From the NCBI GenBank assembly GCA_038321985.1, contig JBBQFN010000012.1, positions 64,001-128,000 of the forward strand: 64,000 bases of DNA, in the 5' to 3' direction. The notes below the pieces were generated by a model. The model did not search any database. It was not told the DNA's origin and worked only from the letters and a program-made list of their open reading frames with translations. Positions 10,112-20,176 of the stretch are shown here, piece by piece. Within the stretch, counting starts at the first letter, position 1. Every line of letters begins with the position of its first letter. The position numbers and the translations under genes were made by a program. Source of the stretch: Cyanophyceae cyanobacterium (lineage in GTDB: Bacteria > Cyanobacteriota > Cyanobacteriia > Cyanobacteriales > Laspinemataceae).

Positions 10112-10166
10112 AAATAAAAGAGTAGCTTTTACTCTTCCTCTCCCCTAAAAAATCCCCTAAAAAATT

Positions 10167-10955
10167 ATGTCTAATTCCTCAAAATTGACCCCTCCCCTCA
10201 AAGCCTTTTCAGTGGATGCCTTAGCAGTCCGTGTATTTGAAACAGAAGCAGAGATGGCCCTCCAAGCAGCGATCGCCGCCAGCGATTTCTTACAGGCGGC
10301 GATCGATCAACAGGGGGAAGCAAGGGTACTCCTGGCAACGGGAAATTCCCAAATCAAATTTCTGGACGCTGCGATCGCCTTAGATCGAGTGGATTGGTCC
10401 CGGATTGTCTTCTTTCATTTAGATGAGTATTTGGGAATTGAGTTTAACCATCCTGCCAGTTTTCGCCGCTATCTGCGCGATCGCGTGGAAAATCAAGTCC
10501 ATCCCGCCGCCTTCCATTACATCAACGGAGATGCTATCCAACCCCTAGCCGAATGCGATCGTTACACCCAACTTTTGCGAGAAAAACCTCTTGATTTATG
10601 CTGCTTGGGAGTGGGAGAAAATGGTCACTTAGCTTTTAATGAACCGGGTATTGCTGATTTTAACGACCCTTATCCGATTAAACTGGTTAAATTAGCCCCC
10701 GCTACCCATCGGCAATTGGTCAATCAAGGCCAGTTTCCCAGCCTAGAATCGGTTCCCAAATATGCTTTTAGTCTGACGATTCCCCAACTTTGTGCCGCCA
10801 CACAAATCATCTGTCTTGCGCCCTCCAGCCGGAAAACCGAGATAGTCAAGCAGATGTTATCCCACCCGATTACTCCGGAGATTCCCGCCACAATTTTGCG
10901 ATCGCAACCCCACGCCACCTTATTTTTAGACCGAGATTCAGCGGGGGAAATTTAA
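10167..10955 (+). CDS. nagB: Glucosamine-6-phosphate deaminase family protein
   Basis: LATGNS, FHLDEY, LGVGENGHLAFNEP. Confidence 0.85.
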   Translation: MSNSSKLTPPLKAFSVDALAVRVFETEAEMALQAAIAASDFLQAAIDQQGEARVLLATGNSQIKFLDAAIALDRVDWSRIVFFHLDEYLGIEFNHPASFRRYLRDRVENQVHPAAFHYINGDAIQPLAECDRYTQLLREKPLDLCCLGVGENGHLAFNEPGIADFNDPYPIKLVKLAPATHRQLVNQGQFPSLESVPKYAFSLTIPQLCAATQIICLAPSSRKTEIVKQMLSHPITPEIPATILRSQPHATLFLDRDSAGEI

Positions 10956-10968
10956 CCGGATTCTTCCC

Positions 10969-11940
10969 CTATTGGTGCGCGCTAATCTTGGCCGAAATTG
11001 GGGATTTAACCTTTGTTTTAACCTCAACCCTACCCCGGGCCGGGATATCATTTCCCGAACTCACTTCCGGACGGGTAGCGGCTTCGCTATTCTCTAATAG
11101 ATGAAAAGCGTAGGTTCCCAGTTGTTCATGGGCAAAGGTGGTGGGATGAATTTCATCCCAAAATAGATATTCCTCTGGATTCTGGCAAACCACGCCCCGT
11201 TGTTGATTTAGACAAGGTTCGGTAACGTTACTGAATCCAAACTTATCCGGGTCATCCAACACCCGATTATAAATTTCATTGACGTTCAAAGGAATAATTT
11301 CTACCTCAGAATCGAGGCGATTGTTCAACTGTTGAAGAGACTCAGCTAATCTATCATTATGCAGGCGAATTAACTGATTTAATTGCACCGAACTTTGATT
11401 ATTTCTCGTTGCCGGCAAATTTCCTAAATCCGGCAGGTTAGGGACTAAAAAATTTTGAGCACCCATTGCAGCAAGGGTAGCGATCGCCTTGGAGACATTC
11501 GAGACAGGTTGATTCGGATCCCTCTGATTATTCCCCAGGTAATCGTTCGGTCCCGCCCACACAATATAGAGGGCGTTCGGGTCGGCTGAATTTTCCGTAC
11601 GTTGGAAGCGATTCACCTGATCCAATAGTCCTCGTGAGGGGCTTTTATTCACATTCATTTGCCCCGTAGTCGCCCCACCATAGGCAAAATTCGTGTCCGG
11701 ATTAAAGGGAATATTTAATTGTTCAGCCAGATATTCTACCCACACCGGGCCATTAGAAAATCTTCCCTTAAAGTATAAGGAACTAGGGGGAATTGCGGCT
11801 TGGGACTGTTCAAACAATTGACCCGTATCGGAGAGACTATCACCAAAAACATATATCTCGCTAAAGTTTGCTGCCATAACAGGACCTGGAATTAGAAAAG
11901 AAAAAAGAACGGCTGCACTCGCTAAAATCCCTTGTCGCAT
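10969..11940 (-). CDS. Secreted SGNH/GDSL hydrolase
   Basis: Signal peptide; FGDSLSD, GRFSNG, GPND, FWDEIHP. Confidence 0.92.
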   Translation of the reverse strand: MRQGILASAAVLFSFLIPGPVMAANFSEIYVFGDSLSDTGQLFEQSQAAIPPSSLYFKGRFSNGPVWVEYLAEQLNIPFNPDTNFAYGGATTGQMNVNKSPSRGLLDQVNRFQRTENSADPNALYIVWAGPNDYLGNNQRDPNQPVSNVSKAIATLAAMGAQNFLVPNLPDLGNLPATRNNQSSVQLNQLIRLHNDRLAESLQQLNNRLDSEVEIIPLNVNEIYNRVLDDPDKFGFSNVTEPCLNQQRGVVCQNPEEYLFWDEIHPTTFAHEQLGTYAFHLLENSEAATRPEVSSGNDIPARGRVEVKTKVKSPISAKISAHQ

Positions 11941-12386
11941 GGTAATTTTCAGAAAATCTCCTGGGTAAGGTAACGGGGGAATGATTGAAAGCGTGGCTAT
12001 CTGGACTCCCTAATTTCAATTCTCCGGTGGAAGAAAGAACGGTCCGGAATAAGTCTATTTTTTCACAGCCCTGTCCTTTTTGCCCTCTCTCGGGAGTTGT
12101 AAATTTACTGAGGCGATCGCCCTTGAACTCCGTAGTTAGACGTAACGATTCCCTGGTCAATAGCGGTAGAACTCCCTCTTTGGGATAGGTGACAAAGTTA
12201 TAATTTTCTGTTATAATCTCTTTTAAATATAAAATTAAAATCTAGTAGAATTTTAACTTTATAATCTCTTTAATAATTAAAAATAATTAAAAGTAAAAAC
12301 CCGAGCTCTTGCTTGGAAGTATCCCGGGGTGATCTGTCTGACGCACCCGAAACAATTAAGCGGGTGCATCAGTAAGCTATTTAGCC

Positions 12387-12839
12387 TTAAATTTCCTTCA
12401 GGGTTTTGAGAGACTCTTCCACATGACCCTCGAAATTCATCATGGAATTAAAGATATGGCGGACAACTCCCTGTTTGTCAATCACATAAGTGACGCGCCC
12501 GGGGAGGAGTCCCAAGGTTGCAGGGACCCCATAAAGCTTGCGAAGAGTTTTATCGCGATCGCTTAAGAGGGTAAAGGGCAGGTTGTACTTACTGGCAAAT
12601 TTTTGATGAGAATCCGCTGAATCACTGCTGACTCCGATCACCTCGGCACCGGATTGTTTGAACTGTTCATAACTATCCCGAAAGGCGCAGGATTCCTTGG
12701 TGCATCCGGGGGTATCATCTTTGGGATAAAAGTAGAGCACCACACTGGATTTCCCTCGAAAATCGCTGAGTTTAACGGGTTCCCCGGTTTGGGACGGCAA
12801 ACTAAAATCTGGGGCCGTATCTCCTATTTTTAAGCTCAT
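12387..12839 (-). CDS. bcp: Peroxiredoxin Q / BCP
   Basis: [20 protein letters not shown]. Confidence 0.92.
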   Translation of the reverse strand: MSLKIGDTAPDFSLPSQTGEPVKLSDFRGKSSVVLYFYPKDDTPGCTKESCAFRDSYEQFKQSGAEVIGVSSDSADSHQKFASKYNLPFTLLSDRDKTLRKLYGVPATLGLLPGRVTYVIDKQGVVRHIFNSMMNFEGHVEESLKTLKEI

Positions 12840-13029
12840 AATCCCTAGTCCTGTGTCTTTTGTCTACAAAATGTTAACTTTTGTAATGTTACCGCGATTT
12901 GTCCCCGCAATGGGAGCTTTCTGAGGTGAAGAAATCACAGAGAGGCTCTATTTAGCCCTCAGACGAGCAACTCCCATCAATTCCGAGTGCTAGTCAGGTC
13001 ATCATCTACTCAAGATTAGAAAAACTTAA

Positions 13030-13629
13030 TTGATTATGATTCGACATCCTTTTGCCATTGGATTAGCTGGGCTGCTCATTTTAGGCGCGATGCCAAGCGT
13101 CTCCCGTGCAAATCTTCCTCCCGTGGTGCAGCGAAATTTGCCCTCTGATATGGAACAGGCAGAGGCTTACAATAACCAGGGATTTGATTTAGCTAGTCAG
13201 GGAAGGTTTTCCGAAGCGATCGCAGCTTTTGAACAAGCCATTAAAGCATATCCCAATTATGATACTGCGTACAATAATCTGGGAATTGTTTATGCCCAAC
13301 TGGGAAATTTTTCGGAAGCGGTGGCAGCTTTTGAAGAAGCGATCGCCCGGAATTCTGGCAATGTGGAATACTATAATAATCTGGGCAGTGCCTTAGGGTC
13401 CCTCGGTAGAATATCTGAAGCCACTAACGTTTTTACAGAGGCGATCGCCCGCTACCCAAACGAACCTGATAGCCATTTTAACTTAGCCATTGCCTTTTTA
13501 AATCAAAATAAAATCCCTGAAGCAATTGAGTCCTTTAAAGAGGCCGGAAACTTATATCAATCTCGCAATAATTTCCAGGCTGTCGCGCAAATCAATCAAA
13601 TTTTACAAGGATTAGAACCCAGTCCATAA
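13030..13629 (+). CDS. Secreted TPR protein
   Basis: Signal peptide plus AYNNLG-type TPR repeats. Confidence 0.85.
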   Translation: MIMIRHPFAIGLAGLLILGAMPSVSRANLPPVVQRNLPSDMEQAEAYNNQGFDLASQGRFSEAIAAFEQAIKAYPNYDTAYNNLGIVYAQLGNFSEAVAAFEEAIARNSGNVEYYNNLGSALGSLGRISEATNVFTEAIARYPNEPDSHFNLAIAFLNQNKIPEAIESFKEAGNLYQSRNNFQAVAQINQILQGLEPSP

Positions 13630-13669
13630 CCCGAAATATTTTAACCCAGAACTCAAATGAATGAGTCCA

Positions 13670-14557
13670 TCATCGAAATAACCCTTTCAGTTCTTGCCAG
13701 AATGCCGACTCCCCCCCTTTTACCCGAGCATGGGTGAGGATACCATGACTTGGACTCAATAGCAAAGCCAACAGAAAAAATCCCGATACAACTAACACAA
13801 TGGCCGGACCAGAGGGGAGGTTTTGATAATAGCTCAAATACATCCCAGAGATACTAGAAATAATCCCGATAATCGCTCCTAGTATCATCACTTGATGGAG
13901 ACGGGGCACTAATAAATAGGCGGTAGCACCGGGGGCAATCAGCAGGGATAAAACCAGCACCACCCCCACCGCTTTCATACTGGCAACTACGGTTAAGGCA
14001 ATCAAGACCATTAAGCCGAAATTGAGCAAATTCACAGGAAGTCCAGCGGCTTGAGCACCCAAAGGGTCAAAGGTGTAAAACAACAGTTCTTTATATAGTA
14101 AAAACACGACCGCTAGGGTTAAAATAGCAATCAACGCGGTGGTGTTTACATCTTCGGAGGTGACCGCGAGAATGTTGCCGAATAAAAAATGATTAAGGTC
14201 AATTTTCTGCTCTTTTTGAATCAGGGTAATTAAAGTAATACCGAGAGCAAAAAATGAGGATAAAACGATTCCCATTGCCGCATCTTCTTTAATGGGCGAT
14301 CGCGTTTTAATCCAGGCGATCGCCACGGTACTCAAAACCCCGGCAATAAAAGCGCCTAGAAAAATATTCACCCCAATTCCATAGGCGATCGCCAGTCCCG
14401 GGAGCACCGAATGCCCGATCGCATCCCCCAACAAAGCAAGGCGCTGGACCATCAAATAACTGCCAACTACGGCACAAATCAAGCCAACTAAAATCGCTAC
14501 AATTAGCGATCGCTGCATAAAACTATATTGGAGGGGTTCAATTAATCCGTTTAACAT
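13670..14557 (-). CDS. mntB: Mn/Zn ABC transporter permease (MntB-like)
   Basis: GDAIGHSVLPG, LFGNILAV; ABC-3 family pattern. Confidence 0.85.
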   Translation of the reverse strand: MLNGLIEPLQYSFMQRSLIVAILVGLICAVVGSYLMVQRLALLGDAIGHSVLPGLAIAYGIGVNIFLGAFIAGVLSTVAIAWIKTRSPIKEDAAMGIVLSSFFALGITLITLIQKEQKIDLNHFLFGNILAVTSEDVNTTALIAILTLAVVFLLYKELLFYTFDPLGAQAAGLPVNLLNFGLMVLIALTVVASMKAVGVVLVLSLLIAPGATAYLLVPRLHQVMILGAIIGIISSISGMYLSYYQNLPSGPAIVLVVSGFFLLALLLSPSHGILTHARVKGGESAFWQELKGLFR

Positions 14558-14671
14558 GGCAGGGGAAGCTATACAGAACTCAGCAAGCGTCTCAATCCCA
14601 ATCTAAATCCCTCCCGTCCCCGAACCAAAACACAGGGGAAGGGATTGAATTAAATAGGATGATAATTTCCA

Positions 14672-15466
14672 TTAAGCAGCGCGATCAGAAAAAAACCGCA
14701 CCTGTCCTTGGTAGGCGCGATACATATTCTCCGATCGCAGCACTTGTTCTCTCCCACCCCCGGCAATTAGTTCGCGATTTAAGAGGATTAAATCGTCAAA
14801 ATGGGTAATAGATTCTCCGAGGTCATGGTTAACAACTAAAACGATTTTTCCCGCCTCACCAAGCTCGTGAAAAATCTCAAAGAGGACCGCCTCAGTTTTT
14901 TGGTCAATCCCTACAAATGGCTCATCAAAACAGAAAATATCCGCTTCTTGTGCTAGGGATCTTGCTAAGAAGACACGCTGCTGCTGTCCCCCAGATAAAT
15001 CCCCAATTTTGCGGTTGTGGTAGTCACTCATTCCGACTCGCGCCAAGGCATCGGAGGCAATCCGACGACTGACCGTACTATAACGCCGAAACCATCCCGT
15101 TTTCTTAACTCGTCCCATCATCACCACATCCCAAACGGTGGCAGGATAGGTCCAATCAATCTGCGATCGCTGGGGGACATAGGCGACGCGATCGCGTTGT
15201 TCCATCAAGGGTTGCCCTTCATAGAGGACCCTACCGCTTAAGGGCGGGGTTAATCCTAACATCGCTTTAATTAAGGTACTTTTACCTGCCCCATTGGGTC
15301 CAATAATCCCGGTGATGTGTCCCGCGCGAATCACCGCGTTGACATCAGTAAGGGCCTGAACCTGGCGATAATTCACGGTGAGATGGCTGATGGAGATCGT
15401 CTTGTCCGAGAGGCTTGGAGGGCGATCGCCCTCCAAGTCTGGTTTGACATGAGGTGGTATTTTCAT
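14672..15466 (-). CDS. mntA: Mn/Zn ABC transporter ATP-binding protein (MntA-like); start uncertain
   Basis: GPNGAGKST, YVPQR, LSGGQQQR, DEPF. ATG 15466 preferred over the track start at 15508. Confidence 0.85.
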   Translation of the reverse strand: MKIPPHVKPDLEGDRPPSLSDKTISISHLTVNYRQVQALTDVNAVIRAGHITGIIGPNGAGKSTLIKAMLGLTPPLSGRVLYEGQPLMEQRDRVAYVPQRSQIDWTYPATVWDVVMMGRVKKTGWFRRYSTVSRRIASDALARVGMSDYHNRKIGDLSGGQQQRVFLARSLAQEADIFCFDEPFVGIDQKTEAVLFEIFHELGEAGKIVLVVNHDLGESITHFDDLILLNRELIAGGGREQVLRSENMYRAYQGQVRFFSDRAA

Positions 15467-15508
15467 AAAAATTTCTAAAATTTGGCTTTTCATTCCAGGA
15501 TAGTGCAA

Positions 15509-15550
15509 ATATGAACCAACTATGAGGTAAATATGAAAGAAAAATGAAAA
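15509..15550 (+). promoter_or_regulatory. Four 11-bp-phased ATGA direct repeats (ManR/OmpR-type box) between divergent mntA and mntC
   Basis: ATGA at 15511, 15522, 15533 and 15544 in ATATGAACCAACTATGAGGTAAATATGAAAGAAAAATGAAAA. Confidence 0.65.
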
Positions 15551-16542
15551 AATCTACCCAAATCAGAGCGATCGCGGACTATCCTCGAAAAAAATCCCTC
15601 TTAAGATGGGCAACCGGACTGATTCTAGGGTTCTGCCTGAGTAGCTGTACCAACCCTGGGGTGAATCAGGAGGGGGAGATTTCTGGGGGTCTGCCCGACG
15701 TGGTGTCCACCAGTACCATTATCGCAGACTTAACCAAGGCGATCGCCCCCGAGGAAATCCAAATCACCAGCATTTTGACCCCGGGGGTCGATCCGCATAT
15801 TTACGAACCCGTCCCCGCAGATTCCATTGCTTTTGAGAAGGCTGATTTGATTCTCTATAATGGCTACAACTTAGAACCCGGACTCATTAACATGATGAAT
15901 GCTGCTGGAGTTAATGCCCGCAAATCCGCAGTCGGGGAAGTCGTACCCCCTTTGCAAATGGAGAAGGGGGCGCAAACGGCACCGGATCCCCATGTCTGGG
16001 GAAATGTGACCCATGCGATCGCCATGGTAAACGCGATTCGGGATGCCTTAAGCGAACTCTCCCCAGAAAACGCACCGGCACTTCGCGAAAAAGCCGCTGC
16101 CTATACCGCCATCTTGGAACAACTCCACCGCTGGATTACGGAGCAAATTGCCACGATTCCTCCAGAAAACCGGCGGTTGGTCACCACTCACGATGCCTTC
16201 CAATACTATGCCCAAGGGTACGGGTTAGAGGTAACCGGCACGTTAATTGGGATCAGTACCGAGGAACAACCCAGCGCCCAAACCTTGACGCGGCTAGTTG
16301 AGGAAATTAAACGGGCGCAGGTTCCGGCTATTTTTGCTGAAACTACCATTAATCCGCAACTGATCCGAACTGTCGCCCAAGAGGCACAGGTAAAGTTAGC
16401 ACCCCAGGAATTATACTCCGACTCCATCGGTGTTCCTGGTAGTGAGGGAGATTCTTATATTAAAATGATGGTCTCAAATACCCGTGCGGTGGTGGAAGCA
16501 TTGGGAGGAACCTATACCCCGTTTGTTGTTGCCGAGGATTAG
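15544..16542 (+). CDS. mntC: Mn/Zn ABC transporter substrate-binding lipoprotein (MntC-like)
   Basis: LSSC lipobox; DPHIYEP, DPHVW, THDAF, STEEQPS, LYSDS; no His-rich loop. Confidence 0.88.
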   Translation: MKKSTQIRAIADYPRKKSLLRWATGLILGFCLSSCTNPGVNQEGEISGGLPDVVSTSTIIADLTKAIAPEEIQITSILTPGVDPHIYEPVPADSIAFEKADLILYNGYNLEPGLINMMNAAGVNARKSAVGEVVPPLQMEKGAQTAPDPHVWGNVTHAIAMVNAIRDALSELSPENAPALREKAAAYTAILEQLHRWITEQIATIPPENRRLVTTHDAFQYYAQGYGLEVTGTLIGISTEEQPSAQTLTRLVEEIKRAQVPAIFAETTINPQLIRTVAQEAQVKLAPQELYSDSIGVPGSEGDSYIKMMVSNTRAVVEALGGTYTPFVVAED

Positions 16543-16721
16543 AGGACCGGCTGGGTTCGCATCTGCACCGGGCTAAAGAAAAATTGCCCGCTTTGAATCT
16601 GCAATTTTTCTTTTCCCGGCTAACGCCTCACCTGAAGTAGAGGGGAGAAGTCGTTGATAAACTGCCCCTACTTAAGGGGTGAGGTGGGATGGTGAGGGAC
16701 TTTTGCGGTACGGGAACCGAT

Positions 16722-17078
16722 TTAAGCAACGGCTTTTTGTGCTTTGGCATTTAACATCAGGTTGCCGCGAGCATCGATGCTAAAATCTATCCCGGGAATT
16801 AAGCCTTTGTGGATCAATCGCTGATAGAGCCCCATGCGCAGGGTACTTTGGATTTGGCCCATGATATCAGCGGGGATGAGATGGGCGATCGCCCACACGA
16901 CCGCTTCCCAGTCTAACCACAGTAACCGTTCGATACTGACGATGATGACGCCGGATAACTCTTCGAGGGTCATCCGATCGCGGAGATCGGCGATCGAATC
17001 TTTCCCGATCAGCGTGTTGCGGGTCATCATCACCCGAGTCATTTTGGTGGCTTCTGTTTCTAGTTGTAAAAGGTTCAT
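16722..17078 (-). CDS. Hypothetical protein
   Basis: Open frame; C-terminal LIHKGLIPGIDFSID resembles small cyanobacterial hypotheticals; start at MNLLQLE preferred. Confidence 0.6.
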   Translation of the reverse strand: MNLLQLETEATKMTRVMMTRNTLIGKDSIADLRDRMTLEELSGVIIVSIERLLWLDWEAVVWAIAHLIPADIMGQIQSTLRMGLYQRLIHKGLIPGIDFSIDARGNLMLNAKAQKAVA

Positions 17079-17734
17079 CCGGATTCCTTTGCTGATAGTA
17101 GGGTGTTGCACAGCAGATTTTTGAGGCACCATCGACGCTCGGGGCAGCCCATGCTTTCGCCCCTCCATCGCGCTTTTGTATTAGTGTACCGGAATCCGAG
17201 TTAAATCTCTACCTTTTGGAGGATGTTGAATCTTATTTTTTTAGAATATAAACTCCTATCCGCCCTCAATGCCCGGGACCCCGCCCTTAGCCCTGGTCTT
17301 TTCCTACCCCGTTGGTCCCAAAGTTCCCTCTGAGGGGCCACCGCCCCCACATTTCAGAGGGCAAGGTATCCGGGATAACAAACGAGTGTGAATCAGAGAT
17401 ATTTCTTTTGACTGATTTGCCCCCCTTAACTTTAAAGATAAGGTCTTAATAATGCAACTATTACTTAAAGAACAGAATGCTTTCCCGGTAGAACTAGCCT
17501 GGAATATAACTCGGGAAAATAGCAGTTTGTTAACCTAAGCAATGGCCGGACCCTGACTCTGTAACCAATTGTTTTTTTGCATAGACCCTACCCTTGGTAA
17601 GTGAAAGCCCCGAGCTTAATTGCCACAATTTAGCAATAACGCTAAAGTGGTCACCAAGGGGAATGTCAACGAATAAATTCCGGTACAGGGCTTGATTCTC
17701 CCGCTAAAAGCAAAGGGAAAAATGAGGTAAGACG

Positions 17735-17989
17735 ATGCATGACAAATTTGATTTTATATCTCCTCGCAGTCGTTACTATGGCAAATTTACGCCAGACAAT
17801 CCAGAAAATATGGTGTTTAACGCCAACTTGCAGGAGTTTGCCCAGCGCGTTAGCGTGATTAGTTGTTTGGAAACCGGAGGAAAATTACCCCCAGAAGACG
17901 CGTATAAACAAATTAAGGGCCTCTGGAAAAAGCTCAAGAGGACTAAAAAACAATTAGGAATTGGCAGCGAGTCCAATGCTGCTGAATAA
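17735..17989 (+). CDS. Conserved small cyanobacterial protein
   Basis: PRSRYYGKF..VFNANLQEFAQRV..LETGGKL..AYKQIK.LWK pattern; GAGG RBS upstream. Confidence 0.85.
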   Translation: MHDKFDFISPRSRYYGKFTPDNPENMVFNANLQEFAQRVSVISCLETGGKLPPEDAYKQIKGLWKKLKRTKKQLGIGSESNAAE

Positions 17990-18141
17990 AATCCACCGGG
18001 AGACAAAAGAGGCGATCGCCCCGGTATTTTTAAAATGAACCCCAATCAGGAGGGCAAAATAGGCAATGCACGTTACCGGCGATCGCCTCTTAGACCATCA
18101 GATGTGAAAACCACCCATAATAATCCTAGAACTATTTTGTT

Positions 18142-18720
18142 ATGACAATTGCCAATTTAGCTCCGGTCTCCTCCAGCCTGAGGAGAACTTTCATCCGCAA
18201 AGAGTCGATACCGCTGTGGCAAGACGTGCTGTGGAAAATCGAGCGTGGAATCGTCCGAACTATTACCTGGACGGAAGATGGGTCTACCATCGCCTCTGGA
18301 TATTGGGGAAAAGGGGATGTCATCGGTGAACCCCTCTGTTGCATTAGCGGCTATCAAATGGAATGTTTAACCTCCGTTGAAGTCAGCATCATCCCCGCCC
18401 ATCAGTGGCAATACTCCTTAGACGCCATTCGCACCCATACCCAAAAAACAGAAGAACTCCTCAGCATCATTCACTGCAAGCAAGTCCATGAACGCTTGCT
18501 TAAATTTTTGGGGTGGTTAAGCGAAAAATTCGGTCGTTCCGTAGAACAAGGCCGCTTGCTAGAATTACCCATGACCCATCAAGAAATAGCCGAGGCGATC
18601 GGGACCTCCCGAGTCACCGTGACTCGCCTCCTTCAACGATTTGAAACGGAAGGGACCATCTCCCGCCCCCGTCGCCAATCAATTCTTCTCTCCGAATCAA
18701 TGGGTTGGCCCCAGGTTTAA
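18142..18720 (+). CDS. Crp/Fnr-family transcriptional regulator
   Basis: HTH motif THQEIAEAIGTSRVTVTRLL. Confidence 0.92.
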   Translation: MTIANLAPVSSSLRRTFIRKESIPLWQDVLWKIERGIVRTITWTEDGSTIASGYWGKGDVIGEPLCCISGYQMECLTSVEVSIIPAHQWQYSLDAIRTHTQKTEELLSIIHCKQVHERLLKFLGWLSEKFGRSVEQGRLLELPMTHQEIAEAIGTSRVTVTRLLQRFETEGTISRPRRQSILLSESMGWPQV

Positions 18721-18756
18721 AAAATCCCGTGGCGATCGCACCCCAACCTACTCCCC

Positions 18757-18787
18757 AGGGGCTAACCTAGCGTTGGCCCCTTTTTTA
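18757..18787 (+). terminator. Rho-independent terminator
   Basis: AGGGGCTAAC-CTAGC-GTTGGCCCCT followed by a T run. Confidence 0.75.
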
Positions 18788-18890
18788 CATCCCGCACAGG
18801 TTCTGGGGCAAATCCCCCCGGGGAAATTTTCAGGTTCTCTCCCCTTCCCAGGTCGTAAAGTGTCGCGGTTGAGGTAAGATATCCCCTATC

Positions 18891-19039
18891 AGGCGGTTCT
18901 GATGGGGTTCAGCTATCAGACGTAAGGGGGAAAGCTCGGTATAAATCCGGCACTGTCCCGCAACTGTGATCCGACACCCAAGTTCCCGGTGAATGTCGAT
19001 TTGCCATCTGGGGTCCGTAAGTCAGAATGCCCACCGCCT
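18891..19039 (+). ncRNA. Cobalamin (B12) riboswitch
   Basis: Closing stem AGGCGGT..ACCGCCT; conserved elements AAGGGGGAA.., CGGTATAAATCCGGCACTGTCCCGCAACTGTGA and AAGTCAGAATGCC; lies upstream of hupE and cobW. Confidence 0.93.
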
Positions 19040-19374
19040 CTGTAGTTCACCCTTAAATTCATCTGCGAGGTACAGATGGGCATTGATTCTCATTTACAAC
19101 CCTCTATTCTGTCAATAGTAGCCCTTGCGCGGAACAGTGCGGCAGCCCGATCGTACTTTTGACCCTACAACCACGCCGAGGGGAAAAATTGCAGCTTTGT
19201 GAGTTCCCAAAAAGCAGCCAGGAGACTCACTTTCTAGGCCAATTTTTGGGAAATCCGGTGTCGGAACCATCCCGAGTGCCGAAATTTTTCATCCCCATTG
19301 CGGGGGTTTAACCCTTGATGTTCCCTGAAAACGCACTCCAGTCGCACTTATGCCCCTGGTCCTACTCAATATAG

Positions 19375-20085
19375 ATGTTGAACCCATCAAATTTTTTAAC
19401 CGAACAAATGCTCAAGCAAACCCTCAACCGATTTCAACCTTTCCTAACTCGTAACCCCGGAATGAAAGGGGGATTAATGATAGTCGCTGTTGCAGTCGCC
19501 CTATTTTTGGCTGTTGAACCCGCCCTTGCCCATCACGGGATGGATTCCGCTACCCCGAGTAACTTTTGGGAGGGACTTCTCTCGGGACTCGCACATCCGA
19601 TTATTGGTCTCGATCATTTTGCCTTTGTGGTGGCGATCGCCTTACTGTCTGCATTACATCCCTACGGCATCGGTATTCCAGTCGCCTTTGCGATCGCCGC
19701 AATGGGAGGAACCGGAATTCACTTACTCAGTATTGATATTCCGGCTGTGGAAATGATCATTGCCGCTTCTGTACTCACAGTCGGAAGCCTACTGGCAATG
19801 AAAACACGGCCCAATTTAAAACTCGTCGCCGCAGTCGCCGCAGTCGCTGGTATCTTTCACGGGTATGCTTACGGTGAAGCCATCATCGGCGCAGAAACCG
19901 CACCTTTACTCGCTTACCTGACTGGATTTACTGCCATCCAAATCGCCGTCGCCTACGGTGCGGTCGCCCTAGCCCGAAAAGCCCTTAACGCTTTCGATCA
20001 AGGCCCTAACTTATCTCTAAGATTTGCCGGATTTACCATCGGGGGCATCGGCGCGGCATATCTGGCTTCTTCCATTCTGGGTTAA
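19375..20085 (+). CDS. hupE: HupE/UreJ-family Co/Ni transporter
   Basis: ALAHH, SGLAHPIIGLDH, FHGYAYGE; downstream of the B12 riboswitch. Confidence 0.9.
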   Translation: MLNPSNFLTEQMLKQTLNRFQPFLTRNPGMKGGLMIVAVAVALFLAVEPALAHHGMDSATPSNFWEGLLSGLAHPIIGLDHFAFVVAIALLSALHPYGIGIPVAFAIAAMGGTGIHLLSIDIPAVEMIIAASVLTVGSLLAMKTRPNLKLVAAVAAVAGIFHGYAYGEAIIGAETAPLLAYLTGFTAIQIAVAYGAVALARKALNAFDQGPNLSLRFAGFTIGGIGAAYLASSILG

Positions 20086-20176
20086 TCCTCTGCCCCAGCA
20101 TCATTAGGGTGAGGAATCAATCCCTCACCCTAATTATACCCTTACTCCCTCCTCTCACTTTCTCTCAACGTCACCC

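Noticed and set aside
10969..11100. PEP-CTERM sorting signal on the GDSL hydrolase
   Set aside because: Only a TRPE remnant, with no hydrophobic TM segment following
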